Below the pieces are notes generated by a model. The model made no database searches. It was not told the DNA's origin and was given only the letters and a program-made list of their open reading frames with translations. Position numbers and translations under genes: made by a program. From Octopus vulgaris (Eukaryota): 64,000 bases of DNA. Shown here one piece after another: positions 1 through 12,387 of the stretch. The stretch's first letter is position 1, and every line of letters begins with the position of its first letter. Location of the stretch: assembly GCA_951406725.2 (NCBI GenBank), contig OX597825.1, positions 58,032,001-58,096,000 on the forward strand, in the 5' to 3' direction.

Positions 1-270
1 CCGGACTCACTATCGGAAGATTGTGGTTTCGATTCCTGGACCGGATGATGTGTTGTGTTGTTGAGCAAAATATTTCATTTTACGTTGCTCCAGCCCACTC
101 CACTGTGGAAACGAGTAGCACTAGTGGAGTCACATTGCTTTGTGGTTAGGGTGTTGGATTCACGACCGTAAGATTGTGGTTTCGATCCCTGGATCGGGCG
201 ATCTGTTGTGTTCTTGAGCAAAACACTTCGTTTCACATTCCTCCAGTCCACTCAGTTGTAGAAATGAGTT
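1..270 (+). mobile_element. Two tandem diverged tRNA-derived SINE heads (CORE-like)
   Basis: Two similar units, each with a B-box-like GGTTTCGATTCC/GGTTTCGATCCC followed by TTGAGCAAAACACTT...CCAGTCCACTC. Confidence 0.55.
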
Positions 271-363
271 TAGCTGGGAAAGGGATGGGCTCTGCCAGCC
301 TTTCCCGACATAGGTACGTTGCATGGCTGCAGCGTCCCAACGACCCCCAAGGTCTTAAGGGAC

Positions 364-400
<37 letters not shown>

Positions 401-471
401 TGTGTATGACTATGTATGTGTGTATATATATATATGTATATATACATGCACACACACACACACATACACAC

Positions 472-512
<41 letters not shown>

Positions 513-740
513 CACAAAGATTTACATATTTATATATGTATATGTATGTATATGTGTATGTATTCATGTATATATATATGTATGTGTACGTATGTATTAA
601 TGTGTGTGTGACAATGTAACTATGTGTACATATAGATCTATACATACGCGCACAAACACACACACACATAAATACAACATGCATGCATGTGTGTAACTAA
701 GTACGTGTGTGTGTGTGTGTGTGTACATGTATATACATGT

Positions 741-870
741 ATTCTTTTATTCTTTTATTTCTCTCAGTCATTTGACTGTGGCCATGCTGGAGCACCGCCT
801 TTGGTCGAACAAATCGACCCCAGGACTTATTCTTTGTGAACCTAGTACTTATTCTACTGGTCTCTTTTGC
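741..870 (-). mobile_element. CORE-type SINE, 3' fragment
   Basis: Reverse complement matches the 3' part of the full copy at 26178-26630 (GGCGGTGCTCCAGCATGGCC...CAGTCAAATGACTGA). Confidence 0.8.
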
Positions 871-950
871 GTGGACACAAGCTCACCAGGGACAAGCATA
901 GATACACAAATACATACATACATACATACATACATACATACATACATACA

Positions 951-984
<34 letters not shown>

Positions 985-1098
985 CGTATGTGTATATATA
1001 TATATAAGACGAAGCAAAAAAAAACAAGACAAAACAATAACACGAGCACGTGGTACATGTAAAGTATTAACGGTCGCTCAGAGAAGGAAAGAAAGGTA

Positions 1099-1133
1099 GT
1101 TTTACGTTTCGAGCAAAGCTCTTCTTCAGAAAC
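1099..1133 (-). ncRNA. Minimal type I hammerhead ribozyme (Penelope-type)
   Basis: Minus strand reads GUUU-CUGAAGA-A-GAGC(UUU)GCUC-GAAAC-GUA-AAAC. It has a canonical core, stem I GUUU/AAAC, stem II, a palindromic ACGU in place of stem III and a GUA cleavage triplet. It lies in a short insert between TA microsatellites. Confidence 0.8.
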
Positions 1134-1204
1134 AGGAGACAGAGGAAAGTCCAAGAGAAACGGAAGACGGAGGAAAAAATCGCCTATGATCCACATGTGG
1201 TTAC

Positions 1205-1250
<46 letters not shown>

Positions 1251-1407
1251 TTAGAGACAAAACCACTATTATGCAAATCAAACAAAGAAAGACTTAATCC
1301 AATACATAAAAAATTTTATATAAATTAAGTAAAATTAAATTAAATTAAATTAAATTTAAATGTTGAAGTGAATGTATAACGGATTTTGTGTGTTTCTTAA
1401 TGTTTCT

Positions 1408-1496
<89 letters not shown>

Positions 1497-1546
1497 CCTT
1501 AAAAATATTTCAGCGCGAAGGCTGCGGCCATGCTGGGGCACCTCCG

Positions 1547-1588
<42 letters not shown>

Positions 1589-1604
1589 CATAAATATACA
1601 CCCG

Positions 1605-1640
<36 letters not shown>

Positions 1641-1641
1641 T

Positions 1642-1699
<58 letters not shown>

Positions 1700-1711
1700 G
1701 TATGTATGTAT

Positions 1712-1962
1712 AACAATTGCTGCGTGGAAGGTGTTTATAACCCATTTAAGAAACACACAAAATCCGTTATACATTCATTTCAACATTTAAATTTAAATTG
1801 TCAAAATATTTTCGCCGCTTTCAAATGGCGACCTGTTCACTGACAAAATTCCGTGTCAGTGAACAGGTCGCGGTCTCAAAGCGACGAAAATATTGAAGTG
1901 AATCTAACGGATTTTGTGTGTTTCTTAAATGGCTTATAAACACCTTCCACGCTGCAATTGTT
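1712..1962. repeat. Long inverted repeat (Penelope pseudo-LTR-like palindrome)
   Basis: AACAATTGCTGCGTGGAAGGTG... pairs with ...CACCTTCCACGCTGCAATTGTT around a centre at ~1846-1853. A partial third copy lies at ~1350-1402. Confidence 0.85.
1798..1846 (-). ncRNA. Minimal hammerhead ribozyme, G3:C8 core variant
   Basis: UUGUCA-GUGAACA-G-GUCGC(9 nt)GCGGC-GAAA-AUAUUU-UGACAA: 6-bp stem I, 5-bp stem II, palindromic AAUAUU stem III. A second copy lacking the 3' strand of stem I is on + at 1854-1894. Confidence 0.65.
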
Positions 1963-2017
1963 TTCGTTCCACCACACGATCTCAGATCAGATCACTTGCT
2001 ATGCAAGTACATCTCCG

Positions 2018-2060
<43 letters not shown>

Positions 2061-2085
2061 TGTGTGTGTGTGTATGTATGTGTGA

Positions 2086-2153
<68 letters not shown>

Positions 2154-2362
2154 TGCAGGGAATGTTTGCGAGGGGAAGCGAGGTTGTTTCGGGCACGCCC
2201 CTTCATCCAAGTCAGAAATTTACGTAACGCATTCAGGGTCTTCGGGACCAGTTTTGATGAAAATACCACCCCTTCTCATAGGCTTTGTACACACACACAC
2301 TGACAGAGGGACGTGGGTATGTGTGCGTGTGTGTTTATATAAATCGAACGAAGTGTACTTAC

Positions 2363-2441
2363 CGGAGAATATTTTGTCAGCAGTAATATAAACAAAGTAC
2401 AAACAAGCCAAGAGGATGTACAAAATGGACCAAGTGTTCAT
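2363..2441 (-). CDS. Putative signal-peptide exon, paralog 1 (MNTWSILYILLACLYFVYITADKIFS + phase-1 G)
   Basis: ATG, hydrophobic core and G|GTAAGT donor. Homologous to the exons at 25747-25828 and 54231-54312 with a single 3-nt in-frame indel. The adjacent intron start is also homologous. Confidence 0.6.
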
Positions 2442-2991
2442 ATTTAATGTTGCTTCTTTAATAAAGTGGCTGGTTACATTGTGATTTCTATATATTATAC
2501 TTGAACAGGATGTTGACGTTATGATGTTTACATTCTAATACGAAAGCTGGGAGGCGTGAAGTGACTTTTATTAAGAACACTGACACTCGCACACATACTC
2601 GTACACACAGATAAAGACTCGTATGAATGTGACTGACAATTAAATGTTTCGTCACTTTCGTGGTATTCCCCTCGAAATTTACCAAGCTGAGTAAATAGTA
2701 TACACCTCATAATAAAATAAATTGTATACATTTCATATAAACGAATTGTATACATTTCATAAAAAAAAATTTTTAATAAAAAGTAATATCTCATACGTAA
2801 ATTTAAGGAATATATAATAATGTACATATATATGAGCACGGGTGTATACAAACAAATTGACAAATATTTCTTCGAAAATTCCCAGACCAACCTCCTACAC
2901 CCGGATATGTCTCCAACAATAATAACTATTTGCTAGAGTAGTCTATGGTGCCCCATATATGACTAAAAGGCTTCACCAGGTGGTGCTATTG

Positions 2992-3156
2992 TTGTTGTTA
3001 AGCAACAAGACGGGTAAGGGTGATTAGGTGATGGTCTCGGGCTTAGGGGCGGGAGACCCCAGACCTTGGGGAAAAAAAACAACTTTGGTCGTCTTGTGGC
3101 GGGTGGCCCTCGAAGTCACTGGAAATGGAGATCTCCAGGTCCAAATTCTTGAACGA
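2992..3156 (-). mobile_element. Short 5'-truncated non-LTR retroelement insertion
   Basis: Flanked by a 15-bp direct repeat CAGGTGGTGCTATTG (2977-2991 and 3157-3171). Short (AAC)n tail on the minus strand. Confidence 0.6.
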
Positions 3157-3267
3157 CAGGTGGTGCTATTGAGTTAGACATGGCTTGGGCCTAACCTATT
3201 AAAGTTATATAAACATATGTGTGTGTGTGTGTATATGTGTATGTGTGTGTATATGTGTATGCATATT

Positions 3268-3319
<52 letters not shown>

Positions 3320-3384
3320 TGTATGTATGTATGTATGTATGTATGTATGTATAGACACGTACACATGAACACACATATACAGAA

Positions 3385-3594
3385 TTTCTTTTCTTTAATT
3401 CTTTTACTTGTTTCAATCATTTCACAGCGGCCATGCTAAAGCACCGTCTTGGAGGGTTTTAGTCGACCCCAGGACTTATTTCTTTAGCCTTGGATTTATT
3501 CTACCCGTCAATTTTGCCTAAATTACAGGAACGTACACACGCCAACAGCGGTTGTCAAGTAGTGATTGGGAACAAACACACACACACACACACA

Positions 3595-3643
<49 letters not shown>

Positions 3644-3798
3644 TGGGCTTCTTTTAGTTTCTATCTTCCAAATCCTCTCACAAGGCTTTGGTCGACGCGG
3701 GGCTAGATTAGAAGACACTCGCGCAAGGTGTCACGCAGTAGGACTGAACCCGGAACCATGTGGTTGGGAAACAATTTTCTAAACACACAGTCAAGCCT
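3385..3798 (-). mobile_element. CORE-type tRNA-derived SINE with internal (CA)n
   Basis: Same family as 26178-26630 (GGTTCCGGGTTCAGTCC B-box-like head, CORE-like block, internal microsatellite). Confidence 0.85.
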
Positions 3799-3983
3799 TA
3801 GTTGTACATAAATCTGAAAAATGTATATTTTAAAGGAAAATAAAGGTGTTAATTGTTTATATTATTCACCGTGCTGTTTATTTCTAAATACTATATGCAT
3901 GAACCGCCGGTAAAAATACTGAACAGAGATATGCCAGAACCAGAAATATGCCGCTCATCAACATATATATGTGCTAACGTGTT

Positions 3984-4219
3984 AATACCTATTTCTTTAC
4001 TACCCACAAGGGGCTAAATACAGAGAGGACAAACAAGGACAGACAAACGGATTAAGTCGATTATATCGACCCCAGTGCGTAACTGTACTTATTTAATCGA
4101 CCTTGAAAGGATGAAAGGCAAAGTCGACCTCGGCGGAATTTGAACTCAGAACGTAACAGCAGGCGAAATACGGCTGCGCATTTCGCCCGGCGCGCTAACG
4201 TTTCTGCCAGCTCGCCGCC
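3984..4219 (-). mobile_element. tRNA-derived SINE family 2 (GCCTTTCATCCTTTCGGGGTCGATAAA core)
   Basis: Head GGCGGCGAGCTGGCAGAAACGTTAGC, B-box-like GAGTTCAAATTCC. At least seven loci in the window. Confidence 0.85.
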
Positions 4220-5115
4220 CCACTGAAAGACGATCGAGCTACTGACACGCCACGCTCACCACGTCTAACCATATGTGACTCATGACAATGAACTGATGTT
4301 GCTGAATGCACTACGCCGTGCTTTGCCGCCAAAGTGGCGACAGCTTTCTCACATGTCCTAGTATGTGAGCCTAAGAATAAAGAAAAAAAAACTGATGTCG
4401 CTTCTATAGTAGGAGGAATACAACGTGACTTGAGTTGACCAATAATAGCCCCCCCCCCCCCCCAAAAAAAAATAGAAGCCATCTTCAATTTGTATCCACG
4501 TGTAATATCAAATGCCCCGGTTGTTGTCCTTTAAATAACAACTGCTTCATTAAAGGTGTTGTGCATAGGCTTAAGGTACAGATTGATAATACGCTACATA
4601 CAAACGTTACGCTGGTGCCACAGAAAACAGCTACAAAACAAGTGATTATTTACACGAAAAATAAATTAGTCAAATATCCGGAAAATAAATCATCAACGAG
4701 TTTGGCAAATAAAAGAAGTTTCTTCCAAAGCTATCACAAACAAGTATGGATCGCTCCGGAATTCCGTGAGATGTTCTTTGTGCTTAAGTGAAAAGTACTT
4801 TATCCTCTTTAGAGAATAAACAACAATATCATTTTATTTCAAAACAAGGGACAGATTTGAGCAGCTTGTTCTACACAACTTGCATGCAACAAAAACAAAA
4901 TTAAAAAATTAAAAAATGGATATGTAACTGAGTAAAGATTTTGTAAGAAATATGTATCAATATAATATTGTTGATAATAAAATTTTAATTAGAAAATTGG
5001 ACAAAACTGAGAACACAATCGAAAAAAGAAAAAGAAAAAGAGAAAAAAACAAAACAAAACAAATCACTACTTTGGGTGGAAAAGTTGGGGGTGCTGGAAA
5101 ACCTCTCTAATGGCT

Positions 5116-5772
5116 ATTGAGGCACGCCAGCAAGCTTGCAGTGTTGCCGCGGGTGACTGGATTGATGTCATTCCTGTGGCTAATGTTGGTGACATACTCA
5201 GCTTGGACGAACTTCGTGTCTCCATTGCCCTCAGAGTGGGAGCTGACGTATGCACGGGTTTGATCTGTCGTTGTGGCAAGCTCCTAGACTTCACAGGCCC
5301 CCATGGCCTTTCTTGCCGCTTGAATGCTGGTCGCTTTGCGCGTCATACGGAGTTGAACCTGATACTCAAGAGGAGCTTGGCCCAGGTAAACATCCCCTCC
5401 ATCTTGGAACCATCTGGATTGTCCAGATGTGATGGGAAAAGACCTGAGGGCCTCACTTTATGCCCGTGGTCGTGAGGCAGATGTCTTGTGTGGGATGTCA
5501 CAATTAACGATTCCTTTGCTTCTTCTCACATCCTGGATGCTGTGGTCAGGGCGAGATCCACAGCTTCTGCGGCTGAGCGGAATAAAATCCTGAAATACCG
5601 CGATCTGTCGATCAACCACATTTTCCATCCTATGGCATTTGAGACATTTGGTGGGGTCGGACCACTAACTGCGAGGTACTGGTGAGGCTCGTGAAGGTGT
5701 TTGGCTGTTCCAGCGCATCAGCCTCGCCATCACCCGCGGCAATGCTGCATGCGTGCTGGCGTGCCTCTTTAG
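5116..5772 (+). mobile_element. CRE-clade non-LTR retrotransposon, C-terminal zinc finger and restriction-like endonuclease (degenerate)
   Basis: CRCG...HGLSC, ARH, EP.GL...DGKRPEG, LVWDVT, K..KY, AFETFG and QRISLAITRGNA motifs. Has an in-frame stop and a deletion. Confidence 0.85.
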
Positions 5773-6124
5773 CCTCTTCTATGATAAATATTTCACTGAA
5801 CCAATATTCTGAGCTTCAAAATAACTTATTTCTAGACTCTTACCACTTAATGGCTAAAATTACAACTAATATATTTCGCTAATTCTTATCGTTCTATTTG
5901 ATTCATAATTATATCATTCGTGATTTGTTGGATACTTTTCCTTGTTTTCACTTGTACTTTTCTGTAACCCTGTATTTCCGAATGTCGAATTCGATCCATA
6001 CAACTTTATTATATTATATTACGATATGTGTGGTACTTTTCTACCTTTTTTACTATCTCTTTTTGTCCAATATATGTTACACATACATTGATCATTAGTA
6101 TTAATTATTATTATTATTATTATT

Positions 6125-6175
<51 letters not shown>

Positions 6176-6216
6176 GCTGCTGCTGCTGCTGCTGCTGTTG
6201 CTGTTGTTGTTGTTAT

Positions 6217-7255
6217 TGTTATGGGGAGGTCAATTCGTAAACAACTGCTATGACCTACTTTGCTGGTTTGTAGTCTGAAAGTCTGGGATATAAAGCTATT
6301 GTCCTTTGTTCTGCCAGATTCACGAAAGAGTAATGACTTTCGGAGAGACCTCTGCCCTTTTTCCGGTCAAAGAGGGGTCGAGGAAGCTACCCTTTAAAAA
6401 GCGACAAGCTGTGAGTTTGGGTCAGTTCGGCCGGAGACAGTGAGTTGGTAACAGGGCAGTTGAGGAGTTCTGCTGAGACAGCAAAAGAAGCCGGAGGAGG
6501 CGGTCAGTTGAGAAAGACAGACAGACAATCTGAGGGATGACAGGCGAGAGAATGACAGTGAATGTGAAAGAGGAAGACAGGCAGATAGGATTACGGCGTG
6601 AGGCGGCGACAGCGTAGAGGAAGACAGACAGATAGTATTACAGAGCTAGGAGAGAGGGACTACGGTGTAAGGCATTGGCTGTTGTACGGAATGTATTTAC
6701 TTATGTTCAGATATGTGAAAAAAAAGGAAAAAGAAATGTAAAAGAATTGATGTGTTGGAAAAAGAGAAAGAAGGAAAAAGAGATTATAAAGAACATTGTG
6801 AATTGTGTTGATACGTGTTGAAAAAGAAAAGAGAAGGACTTTAATGTGATTTGAACATTGGAATGTAAGGTATCGTGAACATTAATTGATCTGAAATGTA
6901 TTGAACTGTATCTGCATGTTTAAATGCTTTGGTTTGTTGTTTTCTTTGTTGTATACCTGATGTATCTTTGATTTATTTGATGTTGTAATAATTGTATAAA
7001 CTGTTGTTAAATGTAAGCCAAATTGCCTTCCGCCGTGTCTCTCTTTGTGTCTCTTCCTGCTGTTGTTGTTGTTGTTGTTATCTCCGGTCGCCGGTTGCCG
7101 TGTTCGCTGCCGCCTTTCCCCCACCGAATTCTCTCTCTCCCTAAATCCGTGGCGAATTCTGCGATCGATCGGGCCGGTAAATCGTCGTCGCTCGACTTGG
7201 TAGGGTCCCGGATTTTCCCGAAGAGTTTGAGCGACGGCAGGTGGATTGCGTAACA
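6217..7255. mobile_element. Probable solo LTR (Gypsy-like)
   Basis: Termini TGTTA...TAACA, 4-bp TTAT duplication on both sides, ~1.04 kb, no coding capacity. The TSD sits in a microsatellite, so it is weaker evidence. Confidence 0.6.
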
Positions 7256-7278
7256 TTATCATTATTATTATTATTAAA

Positions 7279-7827
7279 GCGGTGAGCCACGCCGGGCGAA
7301 ATGCTTAGCAGTATTTTGTTTGGCGTTACGTTGTGAGTTCAAATTCCGCCGAAGTCAACTTTGCCTTTCATCCTTTCGGGGTCGATAAATTAAGTACCAG
7401 TTACGCACTGGGGTCGTTGTAATCGACTTAATACCTATGTCTGTCCTTGTTTGTCCTCTCTGTGTTTAGCCCCTTGTGTGTAATAAAGAAATAGGTATTT
7501 CGTCTGCCGCTACGTTCTAAGTTCAAATTCTGCCGAGGTTGACTTTACCTTTCATCCTTTCAGGGTCGATTAAATAAGTACCAGTTATGCACAAGGGTCG
7601 ATATAATCGACTTAATCCGTTTGTCTGTCCTTGTTTGTCCTCTCTGTGTATAGCCCTTTGAGGGCAGTAAAGAAATGGGCATTTCATCTACTGCTACGGT
7701 TTGAGTTCAAATTCCGTCGAGGTTGACTTTGCCTTTCATCCTTTTTCGGAGTCGATAAATTAAGTACCAGTGAATCGACTTAATCCCTTCCACCAAATGT
7801 GAGGCCTTGTGCTTCCAGTAGAAAGAA
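7279..7827 (+). mobile_element. SINE family 2, tandem trimer
   Basis: Three ~185-bp head-to-tail units sharing the GTTCAAATTCCGCCGAGGTCGACTTTGCCTTTCATCC block. Ends in (ATT)n. Confidence 0.85.
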
Positions 7828-7867
7828 TTATTATTATATTTATTATTATTATTATTATTATTATTTT

Positions 7868-9056
7868 ATTTTTCTTCTTCTTTCAAATTTGCTATCATTT
7901 CTTGCCGAGTGTCTTCCCGACTCCTAGGGCAAAGAAACTCATAGTATGCATTGGTAGGCCATTAAACCAAACTCAGTAGTTCGTTCATTTTTTTTTTTTT
8001 TTTTCAAGTTAAATTAAAATACATGAGCAGCAACAGTTCTCACATCGACAATGCTCTTCTCAATACGTGTGATGTACCAGTTAAGACAATCTTTTGCACT
8101 TCTTGCAGGGATGGTAAGCCAGGGATCATTCTCATATAATTTTCGGTTCCCTTCTTGATCATTCCTAGTGCTCCTACGATCACTGGTATTGTAACCGCCT
8201 TGTGATGCCACATTTTCTCAATTTCAATGAGTAGGTCTTTATATTTTCTGAGCTTGTCAAACTCTTTCGCTGAGATATTATGATCACAGGGGATGCTCAT
8301 GTCGATCAATAAGCAAACTTTATTGTTTTGGTCTTTCACAACAATATCTGGTTTATTGGCCTTGATGGTTCGGTCTGTATGTACTGGAAAGTCCCACAGA
8401 ATGGTTACATTTTCTCCTTCAGTTACAGCCTCAGGGTGGTGATTATACCACTTGTCGGCAGTTTTGATATTGTAATGCCGACTTATTAGCCAGTGTAGAT
8501 ATTGGCCAACTCTGTCATGTCTTAATTTATACTCCACTGGTGCTAAGACTTTACATCCAGAGATTAGATGGTCCACTGTTTCAATCATGTCGTTGCAGAA
8601 TCGGCATTTTGGGTCTGCTCCATTTTTCATCACATTGGCCTGGTAGTTCCGAGTTAATAGGCTTTGATCTTGAGCAGCCAGGATGAAACCTTCACTCTCT
8701 GCTTTTAGCCCTGAGCTCCGTAGCCACTGATGGGTTCGCTTCTGGTCAACATCAGCTTGTTTGCTGTGGGTCACATATTTGCCGTGCAGAGGTTTCTCCT
8801 CCCACCTATCAGCCAATTGCTCGTGCGCTTTTTTCATTGCCATCATTTTCACCTTCTTTGCAACAATAGTTGCCGTACTTCCCTCGGGTTGTTCAGTTTG
8901 GGTATCCTGCACGAGATCAATAGCAAATTTTTTGCTTTCCTTTATGATAGAATGAAGCTTCTTTCGTCTCTCGTGATTTTCCACGAGCTTTAACATCCAG
9001 TCATTCGATATTTCGAGATATTTGGCCAGTCCAATTGTGGTTGTTTTGTAAGCTAG

Positions 9057-9058
<2 letters not shown>
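7868..9058 (-). mobile_element. R4/Dong-clade LINE, 5'-truncated young copy (family A)
   Basis: Open frame with CRFC...H...GC zinc knuckle, RHD and WDF...TD...NKPD...IDMSIP...K..KY RLE domain. Nearly identical to 48674-49858. (TAA)n on both sides. Confidence 0.92.
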
Positions 9059-9122
<64 letters not shown>

Positions 9123-9140
9123 CCTCATCATCATCATTAT

Positions 9141-9681
9141 TGAGTGAGAGAGCAGTGCATGCCATCAAAGTGACACTGGGGTAAAATATACGAAGACCTG
9201 TATACCCATCATGACTACTTATCTGATAACGGTACACTAGGCACATGCGTCACAACCATAGGTACTCGACATGGTGATCTCATATCAAGATAAACAGCAT
9301 ATGATCTTGCAGGTGGAGTCCAGTTAGAATTTTCTTTAGGTCAAGTGGGCCATCCCACTCAAATGGTCCCTGAATAAGGGTTGTTTAAGGATATTGAACG
9401 AAACACCCATGTTTCCAGAGGTGAATTATTCAAACCCCAAAGAATCCCTTTCTTCACATGGCTATAATGCTCCCCCACTACTTCTGCTCGTGATCAGAGA
9501 TGCACATATTGTCAACAATCAAGGGACATACTCAACTGGTTAAGCAAATCTGTGGTATTGAGCTGAATATTTACTGTAGCCCATCATTTATACTAAAACA
9601 AAACAATGTACATGATAACACTGCCAATCAGTTAAAATGAGAACCCATGAGACCCACTGCCTGGTACTGCATCAGGGCATT

Positions 9682-9682
<1 letters not shown>
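9141..9682 (-). mobile_element. ~550-bp non-autonomous (TAA)n-associated element
   Basis: Full-length homolog of 32142-32700 and 53452-53995, embedded in TAA repeats. Confidence 0.85.
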
Positions 9683-9757
<75 letters not shown>

Positions 9758-9791
9758 GTAATAATAGTAATTATTATTATTATTTTTATTA

Positions 9792-9831
<40 letters not shown>

Positions 9832-10300
9832 GGCCGTCAGCCGAGGAAGTCACGCTTGACCTCGGCTCCGTATTTTGTTGTCGAAGACCGTTAGTTTTCT
9901 CCGGAAAATAGCGGTGCTTTCCTATCATTTTCAACCAGGGTGCCGAATGAGGGATCCTTCTTCTGCTGGTGAGTTCCTTTTTTGTTAAAAAAGTACTCCA
10001 TTTTTTCAGGGGACTTGTCCAATTTCTTCCATTTCTTATTCCACCTGGAAAAATTTAGAATTTTGCTCAGAGGCAGCAGCAAAGAGTTAGTAGTTATTTC
10101 ATTGTGTCGTAACGTGGAGAAAGCGAGTAAATAACTTCCTGGTGCAAACGCAAGCTAGATTCCCTAAGCGGAGAAAAACTATTTAAAGAAATTCTGGGCT
10201 CCATTGCGATAGGTAGAAACTCCAAGCAATGTAAAATATGGCCGGACCGTGATTACCAGCATGAACGTCAAACTTCAAAATGTAGTTAACCATTGGTTAA

Positions 10301-11061
10301 ACTAAAGCGTTTAACCCGGTCATTTAAAAAAATGGTGTAATAGGTGTAAAACAACTTCTATACAAATATGAAGAAAAAAAATGCGCGCTCGCGAAAGTGG
10401 GGAGGCCTTGGAAAATTCACATCGTGAATTTCCGAAAGCGTCTGAGGGTCTGACTCGGGCACAAAACCAATAAAAAAAAGTGTGTTATGTGTAAAACAAC
10501 TTGCTCTAAACGAATATGACAAAAAAAAATGCGATCTCGCGAAAGGGGGCAGGGGAGAGGACTCGGAAAATTCACATCGTGAATTTCCAAAAGCATCTGA
10601 CCCGGGCACAAAAATAAACAAAAGAAGTAGTGTAAATAGTGGCTAAACCACAACATAAAAAGATCAGTGTAGTCCATAGCCAAACAACCTCTCATCTTTT
10701 TGTTAGGGAAATTTTAAACACAAGGGTTACTGTTTGGGGGAGGTCTTATTTCTTTTCTGTTATGGATATCGCATTTTTCTTTTTTTATCCTGTTGACTTG
10801 TATTGTATAGTCTTTGACTCAATTCAGCAGTGCCAAACCAAAAGTATAGAAACTATTATTTCACTTCAATGGTGTTGGTTAATGTATTGATATTAATAAC
10901 TTCACCACACACACACACATTATTCAACTCCATAATAATAATAATAATAACAACAACAACAGATACTAAAGATGGTGCTATGGCCTTTTCTTTGATAATA
11001 TCTTTTTTGCTTATTTAAATTCAGTTCAATGCACACTTGCCTTGAACCAACCATTTCTCTT

Positions 11062-11096
<35 letters not shown>

Positions 11097-11493
11097 GTGC
11101 GTGCGTGTGTGTGTGTGTGTTCTTGATAATCGTTTAGAACAAGTAGTTTTACATCAATTACACTAAAAAATTTTTTCCGGCCCGGGTCAAACACTATAGA
11201 TTAAAGGCCATGGACTGAAGATGTGAATTTTCCGAGTCCTTTCCCCCACCCTCCTTTCGCTAGAGCGCATTTTTTTTGTCATATTCGTTTAGAGCAAGTT
11301 GTTTTACACATATTACTCTATTTTTTTGTTTTTGTTTTTGTGTCCGGGTCAGACCCTCAGACGCTTTCGGAAATTCACGATGTGAATTTTCCGAGGCATC
11401 TCCCCCACCCCCCTTTCGCGAGCGCGAGGAAGTTGTTTTACATCTATTACACTATTTTTGTTTTGTTTTTATGACCGGGTTAAACGCTTTAGT
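10301..11493. mobile_element. Non-autonomous DNA transposon with TTAA flanks and foldback-like subterminal repeats
   Basis: 23-bp perfect TIR ACTAAAGCGTTTAACCCGGTCAT, TTAA on both sides, ~150-bp internal repeats mirrored in both arms. Superfamily uncertain (piggyBac- or Kolobok-like TSD). Confidence 0.8.
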
Positions 11494-12061
11494 TTAATCT
11501 GACTATTTAATGGTTTTAGTAAATTTGTACAGAAAAAGTAAGCATTTTACCGTCCAGCGTAAATAAAAGTCAGTTTCATTATGTTTTATCTGTAAAAACC
11601 TACACTGACATTAAATGAGTCAACTTCCTGTACGTCACTTTTCAGCAAAATATATTTCTAAAAAATTCTGGAAACGATCTACTCATGTAATTTATGCACC
11701 CACTTAAGTTTATCTTTGTTTTTGCGTAAAATACATGGGTTTTTACGGTAGTTTCGAGTGGATTTCAGTCGTCGATGAGAGAGAGAGAGAAAAAGAAAGA
11801 GAGAGACAGAGGAATATGTCTTGCTACAAAAAATGAGAGAGGCTGACAGTTCTTCGACTGCTGGCGTGACTACTACACAAGCAAGCAGACAAAACAAGAC
11901 GACCATTCCAATCACAAACAACAACTCCGACACCTCCGCCATCATCACCTCTATCACTACCGCCAAGAACAATAATAACAATAACTGTAGCAGCAGCAGC
12001 AACAACAACAACAACAACAACAGTAAAGCTTTGACGGGAGAGACAAATAAGCACTATAACT

Positions 12062-12279
12062 CGGCGAGCTGGCAGAAACGTTAGCGCGCCGGGCGAAATG
12101 CGTAGCTGTATTTCGTCTGCCGTTACCGTCTGGGTTCAAATTCCGCCGAGGTCAACTTTGCCTTTCATCCTTTCGGGGTCGATAAATTAAGTACCAGTTA
12201 CGCACTGGGGTCGATGTAATCGACTCAACCCGTTTGTCTGTCCTCTCTATGTTTAGCCCCTTGTGGGTAGTAAAGAAAT
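12062..12279 (+). mobile_element. SINE family 2
   Basis: Matches 3984-4219. Confidence 0.85.
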
Positions 12280-12387
12280 ATATAAATGATTTTCTCCCCG
12301 TTAGCTAGTAGCTTGGCTACTTCGGTCAACGACATGAACATACCAGAAACAATAGCGTCACTTTAGTTCCGCCTAACACCAACAACG

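Noticed and set aside
2180-2215. Hammerhead-like UGGAUGA-AGGG...CCC-GAAAC on the minus strand
   Set aside because: Two core mismatches and no stem I or cleavage triplet.
174-2391. Many ORFs of YIYI, HTHT, CVCV, poly-I/N/L and LSIY type here and throughout the window
   Set aside because: These are translations of di-, tri- and tetranucleotide microsatellites with no coding signature.
7279-7827. tRNA genes or a CRISPR-like array
   Set aside because: The tRNA-like heads lack a cloverleaf and run into SINE bodies. The repeats have no unique spacers and the context is eukaryotic.
9832-10290. Possible LINE 5' UTR and ORF1 start on the minus strand
   Set aside because: No recognisable domain or second copy, so it cannot be supported.
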